Assembly (NCBI GenBank): GCA_964016885.1
Contig: OZ024746.1
Coordinates: forward strand, 26,598,001 to 26,662,000
Direction: 5' to 3'
Length of the DNA: 64,000 bases
Source: Eledone cirrhosa
Taxonomy: Eukaryota
The translations under genes and the position numbers were made by a program. The notes under the pieces are model-generated. The model ran no database searches, was not told where the DNA came from, and saw only the letters and a program-made list of their open reading frames with translations. The number at the start of each line of letters is the position of its first letter. The first letter of the stretch is position 1. Positions 1-15,373 of this stretch are shown here, in pieces.

Positions 1-544
1 TAATCAAAATGACTTCAGTACATCACAGGTGTTATTTTATTGATTTTCGATGATTTGAAATCAAACCTTAATGACATAACTAATTAACGTGAATCTAACA
101 TCTAACCTAATGATAATTGTTTATATTAATATCATTTTTTGCATAGACACAATAGCACAAAGCATAATCTATTATATCTATTTTGGTACAATATGCTATA
201 TTATCTATTATATCTACTTTGGTACAGTATGCTATATTATGTTCTCGTCATTATTATTGTTTGTGTCATGGCTTCAGTTTATGGTTTCTATGGCTTTATT
301 TAGTTTATGTTTTTTTTCATCAGAATCCGGCATATTTGGGGACAAATCAGTGTCAACCAGGACACATTAATAAGCCGGATGGAATAACGTGACTGATCAT
401 ACAAACTGAGGTAATCCCGGCCACAACAGGAAATACAGTCTGTCTATCCACATACATTTATACATATAAACTGATCTCCATTCCTTTTACTGTAACACAA
501 CTAATATGTGGCTGGGTACTAATGTTAAACATTACTATTATTAT

Positions 545-915
545 TCGGATCCGGCTATCAGCTGAGTTTATCATAAAGACTGCCCCACCGCCCTTTTTAA
601 CCAGGAACGGTAGGCAGTTTTTATCTGCCTAATGGCCATGGTGATAGAGATCATATGTTTTTAGGATTCACTTGAAAAGGAAAATCGGGGTGGAGAGGGA
701 AGTGCTGATTTCCAGCCAGTTTATTGAAAGATGGGTGAGAGATGTAATAATGGCCCGTGTGAATGTGTCTGCCCTGAGCGTGTGCCTGTATTACTGAAGG
801 AAGACAATGCTTGCCTTAACAGTCTGGGTGACCTTGGCTTATGTAGGCTTTCTCCACATGTACCCATTGGAGTCTCCTCGCCTTTGGGGATTTATGTTTG
901 TTGTTTTAAATGTTT
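545..915 (+). mobile_element. 3' end relic of a Tx1-like LINE (repeated in every unit)
   Basis: Broken frames read IRLSAEFIIKTAPPP, AVFICLMAMV and FRIHLKRKIGVEREVLISSQFIERWV, resembling Tx1 ORF2 C-termini as I recall them. Confidence 0.5.
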
Positions 916-1004
916 ATTGCGTTAATATCTGTTATAAATATTATTTTACACAAAAAAATCTACAAGAAAGCATTTGGGAGTACCGGTAGAGCGTAGAGTT
1001 AAGT

Positions 1005-1080
1005 CCCTTTACATTCTGAGTTCAAATCCCGCCGCGGTTAACTTTGCCTTTCTTCCTTACGGGGTCGATAAAATAAAGCA
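1005..1080 (+). mobile_element. Fragment of a tRNA-derived, octopus-type SINE (all units; truncated in unit 5)
   Basis: ttacattctgagttcaaatcccgccgcggttaactttgcctttcttccttacggggtcgataaaataaag. It has a B-box-like GAGTTCAAATCC and resembles the abundant Octopus SINE (recognised from memory). Confidence 0.6.
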
Positions 1081-1894
1081 GCAATTTAAACATTCATACC
1101 TGATATACATAAACAAAATATTATCTTGCTTCACACCCACCCGCACACACACATACACATATGTGTGTGTGTGTCTGTCTGTGTGTGTGTAAATAAACAA
1201 CCAGGATTAAATTAAATCATTTAATATTTTACGAATGATACATAAAAGAAAAGAATGAAACTAAATGTAGTTGAAATAGATGTTGATAAATGTAAAAGTT
1301 TGTGTTTACAAATGTTTAATTGTTCTTTTCAAGTGGCTTGGGAAATACACTATTGAGGCAATAATTTCTTCGTTATTTTGATAGATAGATTTATTTATTT
1401 ATTTTGATAGATAGTAACCGGATACTACTAATAAACTTACATTAATATATTGCCATTTATACATAATCAATCATTAATTAATACACATTGCCTTCAATTA
1501 ACAAAGTATTTATGACAAACTTATAAAATATGCAATATTTGAAAATATCGGATTGAAAATATGTAAAAATATAGCCCCGACATAAAATTTTATGAGGAAC
1601 ATCAAATTAAGCCCTGTACTTAATCAGCCATTAAATTTATTCTTCTCAATATTTTACTAAACTTTTAGACACATTCAATTTTTTCCAAACATCAGTTGTT
1701 AAAATGTTACCCAAACACACATGGTACTGTTTCGAAAATTACTTTTGAATTATATTTGTATACACAGATAATTAAGACTTTACAAAATAAAGTGTTCAAA
1801 AACTATTTTTTTTTTACTTTCTCTCTCTCATACTCTCACTCTCGACACAAACACATACATTCATGCAGACACACAAACACACACATCTTTTGAT

Positions 1895-2394
<500 letters not shown>

Positions 2395-2812
2395 GGTAAA
2401 ACCCAGATAGACCATAACCCACCAGAGTACTTGATATTTGGGGTAGTAGAGTGGGTAACATGAAAAGATTCAGGACCCCGACGGCTGAACTCCGGCCGTT
2501 TCGACAGCTAGATCAAAACTAAAGCGCCAGTAGTCGTGATTAAGGAAGTGGTTTTTATACCGGCTCTCTCACATACCCACATATCTCCAGGATTCGTTTC
2601 TTGATATTGATTCAATGAAGAGACATCAGATCGTAAATTATCGCTGGGTTGATGCATTTTTGATCCTGCGGTCATGACTCCGATTATTTACAAGAACATT
2701 CAATTTACCAATTCATTTACTTCGGCACAGGTTGAAAGAGTTGTCCCTCCGGCCCACGAAACGTACGACTCTCGTATGGCGCCATTGTAGTAACAATAAA
2801 TGTAGAAGAACA

Positions 2813-3350
2813 TTGTAGGAGAAATTTTCACAGTTGGGGAGGTGACATTCAGTGTTCTACAATCATGTAGTTGCTGCTAAATGAGAGTTTACAATATTCT
2901 TTGTTTATCTTTTTAGTAATTGGGAAATTCCTACACTATAACCATATCTATAGTCTAATGCTCTCCATAACTGACCATCTCTTCATCAATTTAGCTACTA
3001 TTTATCTTGAAATTCATTATGAAATCTGTTTATAAATTTATTTACACAGTGGCGTATGATTTCGCGAATATTTAGTTCTTGCTTCTGTGTAGAAATCCCC
3101 AATATACCTAATTTAAATATTTATCACTGATCCAGAATGTAATTATTCTCTTAAAATATAATAAAATATTTCTGGTTTTAATTACTGATGAAGTTTAAAT
3201 ATTTCCTTGTTTAATTAATAGAATCTTTAAACCTTTTTTTCTCCTCCAGATTGGCAATATACATTGGTTTTATACATCTCAACATGGATGACATTGATAT
3301 ATATTCTTTTATTTTCAGATATTCCAGTTGTTTTCAAAAGTCCAAAACAA
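2813..3350 (+). pseudogene. Inverted, internally deleted pseudocopy of the secreted gene: intron 1 plus the 5' part of exon 2, fused to the end of intron 4 and start of exon 5
   Basis: 2813-3298 is the diverged reverse complement of ~9358-8889 (ctccag|attggcaatatacattggtttta...gacattgat). It is joined at a tgat microhomology to cttttattttcag|atattccagttgttttcaaaagtccaaaacaa, the reverse complement of ~7680-7627. Confidence 0.9.
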
Positions 3351-3721
3351 GTAATACCCTCAGCGCCCCAATCCTATTTCCAGAGAGACCTGCCTACACG
3401 CAAGTTGTAAATAATATATAACAAATAAAATAGTTAATTTTTATATAATAAAATAATGTAATATATTCTATGTATAAATAAATATTATATATTTTTTATT
3501 TTACTATATTGATATATATTGTTATACTTGGGGAGGGTCATATTTGTGTAATATTGCCAGAATTAATAATAGAACACACTTACTGTTGAGTTGGTTTTCG
3601 CTTTTCACTTCTGTGTCTTTTATATTGGTAATCTAATTTATTCGGTCCTCAATGTTGCCATTCACTGACCAACGGTCAAAAATAATACAGATACAATATA
3701 GACACAAACACATATATATAT

Positions 3722-4195
3722 AGTTTATCAACGTTCTTTCGTTGTACATCTGCAACATCGTCAGTGGTGCTATTGTTTCCTCCCGTTACATTCTATTTTC
3801 TACGCCATCTTCATTTAGTCTGTTTATATATTTATTTATTTGTTTATTTTATTTTGACTTCTTTGCGCATGCGTTTGCGTGTGTGTATAGTGTTTTGTTT
3901 GATGTGTGTTCGTGATTGGGTGACTGTGTATTGGTTAATGTATTCTATCTTTACTAGTGTGTGTTTATATGTGTTTGTTGTTATTGTTGTCTATGTTACC
4001 GTCGTGTTGTCTGGCATGTTCGTATAGTACTGACCCGTTTTTTCGTCCTTTTAGTTCCCCCCAGTGTTGGTCTATCCTTTCACCTGTGCTACGAGCTGTC
4101 TCGCCTATGTATGTTGCTGTCATGTTTCTGCAAGTACCCTCTGTACATCTTATGCTATAGACTACGTTTCTAGCTTTACAATTTATCCGTATAAA
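3722..4195 (-). mobile_element. 3' relic of a second, Neptune-like Penelope element: GIY-YIG fragment, 3' region and decayed hammerhead (in all units)
   Basis: Minus strand reads NVVYSIRCTEGTCRNMTATYIGETARSTGERIDQHWGELKGRKNGSVLYEHARQH. Downstream: CUGACGA-u-GUUG..CAAC-GAAA at 3764-3737. Confidence 0.8.
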
Positions 4196-4559
4196 TTTTA
4201 TATTTTATATTTTATATTTTATATTTCATATTTTATATTTTATATTTTATATTTTATATTTAATATACTATTATATCATTTCTATCGTCCCCTTAGGCCG
4301 AAGCACCCCAGGACCTTCTCAACGCTCTCGGGGTGGGGGCGTTAGCGTCCACTTTAAGAACCTTTGGTTTATGCGGTGGCATTTTTCCTCTGGTCAGTTC
4401 CCCATAAAATAACCGTTTAGGAAGCCCTTCATCTTCCATCCTGCTCAAGTCACCTGCCCAATGCATCTAGCTCATTATAATCCTTATATCAATACTGGTG
4501 CTACCCGCTTTTACGGTACAGCAGTATCAGATGTGTAAGAGGACCACTTGATGTTCAGT

Positions 4560-5495
4560 AAGCGTGGGATACAAGATAAATCACAATGAGTGGATTGATG
4601 ATAATGATGTTGCAATCACCAAGCCTAGTGAAGAGAAAAATAACTTGTATTGAAGTGTCTTGTTGCAGATGGTCCAGTGATGATCACTTTTGAGAAGACC
4701 TTCAAAGAAACAAAGTCAAAACTGCCATATAAATTTCTAAGAATGAAGAATAAATTATGGTCTGAAGTTTCAGCCGAGATTCAGAAAGATTATAACTGCA
4801 GAGAATTACAGCACAATAAGTTAAGCTTTTGGCTCAGCGCACTAAAACATGGCACCATTGAAGTAAAGAGATGGGAAAGCCCTCATCAAAGAGATGGACA
4901 CAATGAAACTCTAGATTTTGATGGAATACCTGTTGAGCTGATCCGCTTTCGAGGTGACAATGTTGCTATGGCCATTCATAGACTAGTCTCATCAGTTTGG
5001 CATTGTGAGCCTATCCCGCAAGGCTGGGTAGATGCAATTTTGCTCTTGATTTACAATGGCAAGAGCTCCAAGTTTAAATGCGGTGGTTATCGTAGTATAA
5101 GTCTGCTCGATTCGGAAGGGAATGTTGTATCCAAGGTCTTGCTGAATCGTCTAAATGGATCTGTCCTGGGGCCATCCCTGATAGCCAGGAACTAGGCGGA
5201 GTACTGTGGACAGGATTTTTGCAGTCCATCAGCTTATGGAGTGCGTTGAGCAGCAAGTGTCACTGTACAAAGTATTTGTGAACTTTATCAAAACCTTTGA
5301 TACTGTTAATCGTAGTACATTGTGAATCATATTGGGGAAATTTGGATGACGTCACGAATTTGTTGGAATATGCAAAAAATTCCATCAAAATATGAAAACA
5401 AAAGTGAACTTCAACGGGACACTTTCAGAGCCAATTTCAATGGCAAACGGTGTCTAGCAAGGTGGCATTCCTGCACCCACTCTGTTTACCATCAA
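4560..5495 (+). mobile_element. Degenerate RTE-clade LINE RT fragment (also ~16571-17506, 28860-29795, 41310-41894, 57768-58703)
   Basis: DGIPVEL, IPQGWVDA, YRSISLLD..G.V.SKVLLNRL, then across stops and frameshifts FVNFIK(T/A)FDTVNR and NGV*QGGIPAPTLF. Confidence 0.82.
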
Positions 5496-5496
5496 T

Positions 5497-6540
5497 GACC
5501 ATATCTTTCTTAATCGGGTGAAATATTCCCTGGTTACGCGTTCCTTGTCACCGATACCATCATAGGATATATTCTCATCTATCCCTAGGTATCTGTAGCA
5601 GTTCTTGTCAGATATCGGTGAAACAATTAAGCTATTGATAAAAATGTTGCTAGATTGGCTTGTAGTTTTTCCCCGTTTTACAATCACATATGAACATTTA
5701 GGATAAATTCCATTCCTATATCCTTTGAGAATGCCGTGACCAGGTCAAGATTTTTCTTCATCTCATTTATCTTTTTGGCATAGAGTTTCAGGTCATCCAC
5801 AAAGAAATTATCGGTTAGGTTCCTATTTCTCTCCTCCTGGGAACCAATTATGTATCCTTCACATTTCTTGAGCAGAAAGAACAAGGGGTTTAATGACAGA
5901 ATAAATAGTAACACAGAGAGAATATACTCCTGTGATATTATATTTCATCAGTGAAAATAGCATCCTTCTCCTCTGTTTTTAACTTTAGGATAGTAGCCCA
6001 AGAAGAAGATAGGTTCTCTATGGCTCTGATAATAGTATCTGGGACTATCATCTAAGAGTGGGGAACAGAACTTTCCTGTAGTCCAGCCAGACTGTAACCA
6101 CATTCTTGCTAAGTTGTTGCATCTCTCATTCCAGCTGCTTGCTCATCTGTTATGATGTTATTATTGTCGCAGGGATTTTGGAGAAATAGGTTCAAGCAGG
6201 CTGCATACATTTTATACATTAGATTCTGGCATGCAACGTGTGGGTAGTTATTTTTTTAAATTCCAAATGGGTGTCTTTGGAAACCAATATTGTTTGTGTT
6301 AATGTCAACACCCCTGGTATATGTGCATCTCCCAGGAGGGCTTTCTGGTAGAGGTTGATCATATACATCCGATAGAATGTCAGTTTTTTTTACAAGTAGC
6401 CAATAATCAAGTCTCTTCCTGCTGTTTTATTAGCTTGGAGGCTTCCTATCACAGTCTGAAGGGTATCATCATTTAATCTGTATGGATTTGTTGCAGTGTA
6501 GGGACAGTAGTTCTTTTACACTTATAGGTGAAACTAGGAC
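5497..6540 (-). mobile_element. Degenerate R4/Dong-like non-LTR RT fragment (also ~17508-18551, 29797-30840, 41896-42939, 58705-59732)
   Basis: NKTAGRDLIIGY, LFILSLNPL, FFVDDLKLYA, FSKDIGMEF, YRYLGIDEN spread over broken frames. Clade assigned from motif memory. Confidence 0.75.
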
Positions 6541-6964
6541 CAATACAACCGAATTAAGCTGAGGTAATGGTAATTCAAACAATTTAATTTTAATGATACT
6601 TCCAAAACTGGCTCCTTGTCTCATTAGAATTAAAACTGCTAGATCAGCAGTAGGAAATATTTTTATGCCGGTATACACACTTAGAAATTAACTGACATTC
6701 AATGAAGCCACAATTTGAAAAACATATAGTCCCGCTAAAGTTCAAGGCTTTGGAAATATATAATTACGTATGTAGGTGTTACTTTTCGTAACAAACATAA
6801 TAAATTGAACAGATTAACGTTCAATATAATGAAATCAGCAAGAACGTTCTGCTTCTTTCAGTTGGCAGTAAATATTATTTTGGAAAGTTCGATATAAATA
6901 TCTCAACCCTGTGTCAGAGTTTTTTCATGTTTGCCAGACCATCACCAATATTGTTATAGCGAAG

Positions 6965-6970
6965 TTTATT
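6965..6970 (-). terminator. Candidate polyadenylation signal AATAAA of gene copy 1, after a ~520-nt AU-rich 3'UTR
   Basis: First clear AATAAA I found on the minus strand downstream of the stop at 7490. Several ATTTA pentamers lie in between. Confidence 0.4.
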
Positions 6971-7489
6971 GTGAAATAAACCTTCAATCATATACTGTAT
7001 ATGATATACATTTCAAAGTATATTATATATATAATATGAATACATTACACATTATAATAAATTGTAAACAAACGAAAGTAAGGTTTAAAAATGTCGAACG
7101 TAATATAAATTCAATATCTTTAATGTTTCAATAAAAAAAATATAAATATAAAAAGTTTATATAACAAATAATTATCTAAAATATAGATATATATTTTACA
7201 GTTCCAGTTTGGTGTTATCAATAATACCATTTCAGTAGGATTATAAATTTAAAGAAATGATACATAATATTACATAGGATATAAATGTAGAGTTCTCTGT
7301 TATATATCAAGCATTACAGAGAAATTAGATAAAATATTCATATTTTTAGAAAATATATTTACAAAGTTACAACAGTATTGTTGAGAATTGAAGCTGAAAC
7401 ACTTCTACATATTTATAACGATACACTTGTATCTGGGTGTCTAACTGACAGGGGTACCAAGGAATATTATAGATTGAGCATTAGATATT

Positions 7490-9772
<2,283 letters not shown>

Positions 9773-9859
9773 GTTGATCTTTTATAAATTTGTTAGAGGA
9801 AATATAAGTTAATGTGAGACGTCAGTAAATTTGCTTTGTACTCTTTTGAATACAATTAA

Positions 9860-9975
9860 TAAATGATAGTCAATAGAATTATAATGTGACTTTATATACT
9901 TACCAGTGAAATTTATATATTTGGAAATACCGTTGATATATATATTGAAGATGGAGAATTTGAAAGTTCCCAACA
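9860..9975 (-). promoter_or_regulatory. Putative core promoter of the secreted gene: TATA box, Inr-like site and kB-like site (present in all units)
   Basis: Minus strand: TATATAAAG at 9898-9890, TCATTT about 32 nt downstream (9866-9861), GGGAACTTTC at 9971-9962. All lie 90-200 nt upstream of the ATG. Confidence 0.5.
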
Positions 9976-11037
9976 TCCATAGTTTACTATTTGGATGAGA
10001 TTAGATTTACTTTAAGTTGTAGAGACCGGCGTATCTATTTATAATCCCAATTTTAGTAGGAGAGATAAAAGTAGAGGGAGAGAAGGACGGGGTGAGAGGA
10101 TGGTGAGAGAAAAAAGAGAAAGTTAAGTGAGAGAGAGAGGGGGAGAGGGAGAGGGGTAGGGAGGGAGTGAAAGTAATATGTAGGATGGAGGACGTGTGAA
10201 TGGAGGGAGAAGGAGTGAGTAGTTAAGTGTAACAATGAATAACTACTTTTATCTTAATTTTAGGTCTATTTTACTTTATTTCATTGATGGGAAACATTTA
10301 TTTCGTAGAAGTGTCATTTTAAACGTTTAGAATCACACACAAACACAAATCTTGGTTTTATATATATTATGTTTCTCTCAGTGCCAAAACTTCCAACAAA
10401 GATTTTGATGCTAAGAAGTAAATGCTATTTATGTTAAAATATTTGTGTTTTTCATATTGTAATATTTTCAATTTCTTCTGATAAAGAAATTCGCGTTTAA
10501 TTTATTGTGTATTGTTTTGTTTGTCTGTTTGTTTTGTTGTTTTTTTTTTATTTTATTTTCGATATTCCATAACCTCCGCTGAGAAAATACCACAATTCTT
10601 GGGTTATTTCACACTTTCATTATGAAACATAAGACGGAAGTGTTACAATACATGTGACCTCCTACACAGCATCACACTGTCATAGTAATAGTAAAATATA
10701 TGTCAGTTTCCATAAACGCTGAAACATAACTGAAAGTAAACAATTATCATTTAGTAAATATAGAATATTAAAGAGGTTATATTTTATATTACGTGCATGT
10801 GGTTAAAATGTCTGAAGAATGAATCAATGGACAGATTTGACGGACAAAACCAACTGGCAGGGTACCCTGGGTGCAACCCGAGTAAGACGGTAGGGTAAAA
10901 TACATGAGATCGGCTGGTCTAAATTGAGTATCCAGCCAGATCAAATATTGATTAAATAGATCATCAATAGTTTTGGAGGATTGGGGGTCATCCTTCTCTC
11001 TCCGTATTACATGAGTTATAATTTATAGGTCTGTTAA

Positions 11038-11360
11038 TTTTCTCCAGTGTATAGGTGTGGTGATCTTCTCCAGTCTATAGGTGTGGTGATTTTCTCCATT
11101 CTATAGGTGTGGGGATTTTCTCCAGTCTATAGGTGTGGTGGTGATTTTCTCCAGTCTATAGGTGTGGGGATTTTCTCCAGTCTCTAGGTGTCGGGGATTT
11201 TCTCCTGTCTATAGGTGTGGTGATTTTCTCCAGTCTATAGGTGTGGTGATTTTCTCCTGTCTATAGGTGTGGTGATTTTCTCCAGTCTATAGGTGTGGTG
11301 ATTTTCTCCTGTCTATAGGTATGGTGATTTTCTCCAGGCTATAGGTCTCGGGGATTTTAT
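11038..11360. repeat. 26-bp minisatellite (ttttctccagtctataggtgtggtga)n, ~12 units
   Basis: Directly visible tandem repeat with variant units. Confidence 0.95.
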
Positions 11361-13950
11361 TCAAGATTTGTAAGCCGTATATTTAGTTTGACTTAGTACA
11401 ATATTTCTATGAGTGAACTACTTGAGTGTCTGGTTGATGTGTTAATGTTACTACAATAGAAATAATTACCTATAGGAAAATAATAATAGTATGGCACAGT
11501 TCATTACTGGTATCTTTGGATCAACACATCTATCAACAAATCTACCAACTAATCTATCAGATGTCACGATAAATCTCTGGTCAAAATATTTACCATTAAT
11601 CACTTGTTTGTACACTTCTCTTTTATTTTAAACCTATTCATCGTGTTGGAGTTCTTCAGGTTGGTTCCTTCCAATCCTTTGGAACACATAATAATTGATT
11701 GTGTACACCTGTCTTCAGAGAATCTTGCAACAATTTAGTAATCACAATTCAATATATATATATATATATAGTGACGAAACATAAGTCAATTGCATGAACT
11801 CATAATCCTTTATTTACTGCTATATATATTTCGATGATAGCCATTGAATGGCTATGACCTCATCGGGCAGTTAGTCAGTTCTTAGATATGCCAGCTCTGT
11901 GTTTATAGTGTTGATGGTATCAGAGCCTTGGGACATATATATATATGGTAGGGGGGTGTAGGCATGATTCTCATGTTGAATACAGAAAATATTTATGCAT
12001 CAGTCATGTAATAAGAAATGATACTAATAATTACTCCTGACAGAAATCTAAGAGAAAACATTCAAGGAAAAAAGGTGTAGCTAATCAAAATGACTTCAGT
12101 ACATCACAGGTGTTATTTTATTGATTTTCGATGATTTGAAATCAAACCTTAATGACATAACTAATTAACGTGAATCTAACATCTAACCTAATGATAATTG
12201 TTTATATTAATATCATTTTTTGCATAGACACAATAGCACAAAGCATAATCTATTATATCTATTTTGGTACAATATGCTATATTATCTATTATATCTATTT
12301 TGGTACAGTATGCTATATTATGTTCTCGTCATTATTATTGTTTGTGTCATGGCTTCAGTTTATGGTTTCTATGGCTTTAGTTTATGTTTTTTTTCATCAG
12401 AATCCGGCATATTTGGGGAGAAAACAGTGTCAACCAGGACACATTAATAAGCCGGATGGAATAATGTGACTGATCATACAAACTGAGGTAATCCCGGCCA
12501 CAACAGGAAATACAGTCTGTCTATCCACATACATTTATACATATAAACTGATCTCCATTCCTTTTACTGTAACACAACTAATATGTGGCTGGGTACTAAT
12601 GTTAAACATTACTATTATTATTCGGATCCGGCTATCAGCTGAGTTTATCATAAAGACTGCCCCACCGCCCTTTTTAACCAGGAACGGTAGGCAGTTTTTA
12701 TCTGCCTAGTGGCCATGGTGATAGAGATCATATGTTTTTAGGATTCACTTGAAAAGGAAAATCGGGGTGGAGAGGGAAGTGCTGATTTCCAGCCAGTTTA
12801 TTGAAAGATGGGTGAGAGATGTAATAATGGCCCGTGTGAATGTGTCTGCCCTGAGCGTGTGCCTGTATTACTGAAGGAAGACAATGCTTGCCTTAACAGT
12901 CTGGGTGACCTTGGCTTATGTAGGCTTTCTCCACATGTAACCATTGGAGTCTCCTCGCCTTTGGGGATTTATGTTTGTTGTTTTAAATGTTTATTGCGTT
13001 AATATCTGTTATAAATATTATTTTACGCAAAAAAATCTACAAGAAAGCATTTGGGAGTACCGGTAGAGCATAGAGTTAAGTCCCTTTACATTCTGAGTTC
13101 AAATCCCGCCGCGGTTAACTTTGCCTTTCTTCCTTACGGGGTCGATAAAATAAAGCAGCAATTTAAACATTCATACCTGATATACATAAACAAAATATTA
13201 TCTTGCTTCACACCCACCCGCACACACATACACATATGTGTGTGTGTGTCTGTCTGTGTGTGTGTAAATAAACAACCAGGATTAAATTAAATCATTTAAT
13301 ATTTTACGAATGATACATAAAAGAAAAGAATGAAACTAAATGTAGTTAAAATAGATGTTGATAAACGTAAAAGTTTGTGTTTACAAATGTTTAATTGTTC
13401 TTTTCAAGTGGCTTGGGAAATACACTATTGAAGGCAATAATTTCTTCGTTATTTTGATAGATAGATTTCTTTATTTATTTTGATAGATCGTAACCGGATA
13501 CTACTAATAAACTTACATTAATATATTGCCATTTATACATAATCAATCATTAATTAATACACATTGTCTTCAATTAACAAAGTATTTATGACAAACTTAT
13601 AAAAGATGCAATATTTGAAAATATCGAATTGAAAATATGTAAAAATATAGCCCCGACATAAAATTTTATGAGGAACATCAAATTAAGCCCTGTACTTAAT
13701 CAGCCATTAAATTTATTCTTCTCAATATTTTACTAAACTTTTAGACACATTCAATTTTTTCCAAACATCAGTTGTTAAAATGTTACCCAAACACACATGG
13801 TACTGTTTCGAAAATTACTTTTGAATTATATTTGTATACACAGATAATTAAGACTTTACAAAATAAAGTGTTCAAAAACTATTTTTTTTTTACTTTCTCT
13901 CTCTCATACTCTCACTCTCGACAAAAACACACATTCATGCAGACACACAA

Positions 13951-14053
<103 letters not shown>

Positions 14054-14232
14054 AAGATCAAAAGATGGTTAAATGTGTTCCATGTATTTTATTATGCGCA
14101 TTTCAAAGACAAATATCATCATGCAATAACATTTGTGTTTTCATCAGATAAAATAGGGGGACATGATATGAAGGTTAAAAACACTTGTGGATAGTGCAGT
14201 TTTAATATTGTACTACAATAAAACTCACCTCC

Positions 14233-14341
<109 letters not shown>

Positions 14342-14376
14342 GCATTTACATATATATATTTAGATATATATACATT

Positions 14377-14419
<43 letters not shown>

Positions 14420-14835
14420 TAAAACCCAGATAGACCATAACCCACCAGAGTACTTGATATTTGGGGTAGTAGAGTGGGTAACATGAAAAGATTCAGGACC
14501 CCGACGGCTGAACTCCGGCCGTTTCGACAGCTAGATCAAAACTAAAGCGCCAGTAGTCGTGATTAAGGAAGTGGTTTTTATACCGGCTCTCTCACATACC
14601 CACATATCTCCAGGATTCGTTTCTTGATATTGATTCAATGAAGAGACATCAGATCGTAAATTATCGCTGGGTTGATGCATTTTTGATCCTGCGGTCATGA
14701 CTCCCATTATTTACAAGAACATCCAATTTACCAATTCATTTACTTCGGCACAGGTTGAAAGAGTTGTCCCTCCGGCCCACGAAACGTACGACTCTCGTAT
14801 GGCGCCATTGTAGTAACAATAAATGTAGAAGAACA

Positions 14836-15373
14836 TTGTAGGAGAAATTTTCACAGTTGGGGAGGTGACATTCAGTGTTCTACAATCATGTAGTTGCTGC
14901 TAAATGAGAGTTTACAATATTCTTTGTTTATTTTTGTAGTAATTGGGAAATTCCTACACTATAACCATATCTATAGTCTAATGCTCTCCATAACTGACCA
15001 TCTCTTCATCAATTTAGCTATTATTTATCTTGAAATTCATTATGAAATCTGTCTATAAATTTATTTACACAGTGGCGTATGATTTCGCGAAGATTTAGTT
15101 CCTGCTTCTGTGTAGAAATCCCCAATATACCTAATTTAAATATTTATCACTGATCCAGAATGTAATTATTCTCTTAAAATATAATAAAATATTTCTGGTT
15201 TTAATTACTGATGAAGTTTAAATATTTCCTTGTTTAATTAATAGAATCTTTAAACCTTATTTTCTCCTCCAGATTGGCAATATACATTGGTTTTATACAT
15301 CTCAACATGGATGACATTGATATATATTCTTTTATTTTCAGATATTCCAGTTATTTTCAAAAGTCCAAAACAA
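14836..15373 (+). pseudogene. Inverted pseudocopy, unit 2
   Basis: Homologous to 2813-3350. Confidence 0.88.

Noticed and set aside
89-392. Hydrophobic 93-99-aa ORFs at the unit start
   Set aside because: AT-rich sequence with a short internal duplication, a GTG start and frames that differ among units.
4650-5195. 181-aa ORF as a host gene
   Set aside because: It is an internally deleted RTE LINE fragment followed by stops, and it is partly deleted in unit 4.
9904-9976. Alternative first coding exon MLGTFKFSIFNIYINGISKYINFT with a CTG|GTAAGT donor in compatible phase
   Set aside because: It is frameshifted by 2 bp in copies 2 and 5, overlaps the TATA and kB motifs, and would bury the signal peptide. 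The ATGT|gtaagt exon at 9772 is preferred. It remains possible as a minor or UTR exon.
10855-10945. Small GC-rich hairpin (gatcggctgg...ccagccagatc) as an RNA gene
   Set aside because: No tRNA or snRNA features; too short to assign and probably a repeat fragment.
11038-11360. 26-bp repeats as a CRISPR array or coding repeat
   Set aside because: There are no unique spacers or cas genes, the context is eukaryotic, and the period is not a multiple of 3.
11390-11730. Possible exon(s) of a second gene on the minus strand (ORF 23443-23664)
   Set aside because: The frame is broken differently among copies. The PEELQ..KREVYKQVI text looks more like a decayed LINE 3' end, and I could not build a consistent gene model.
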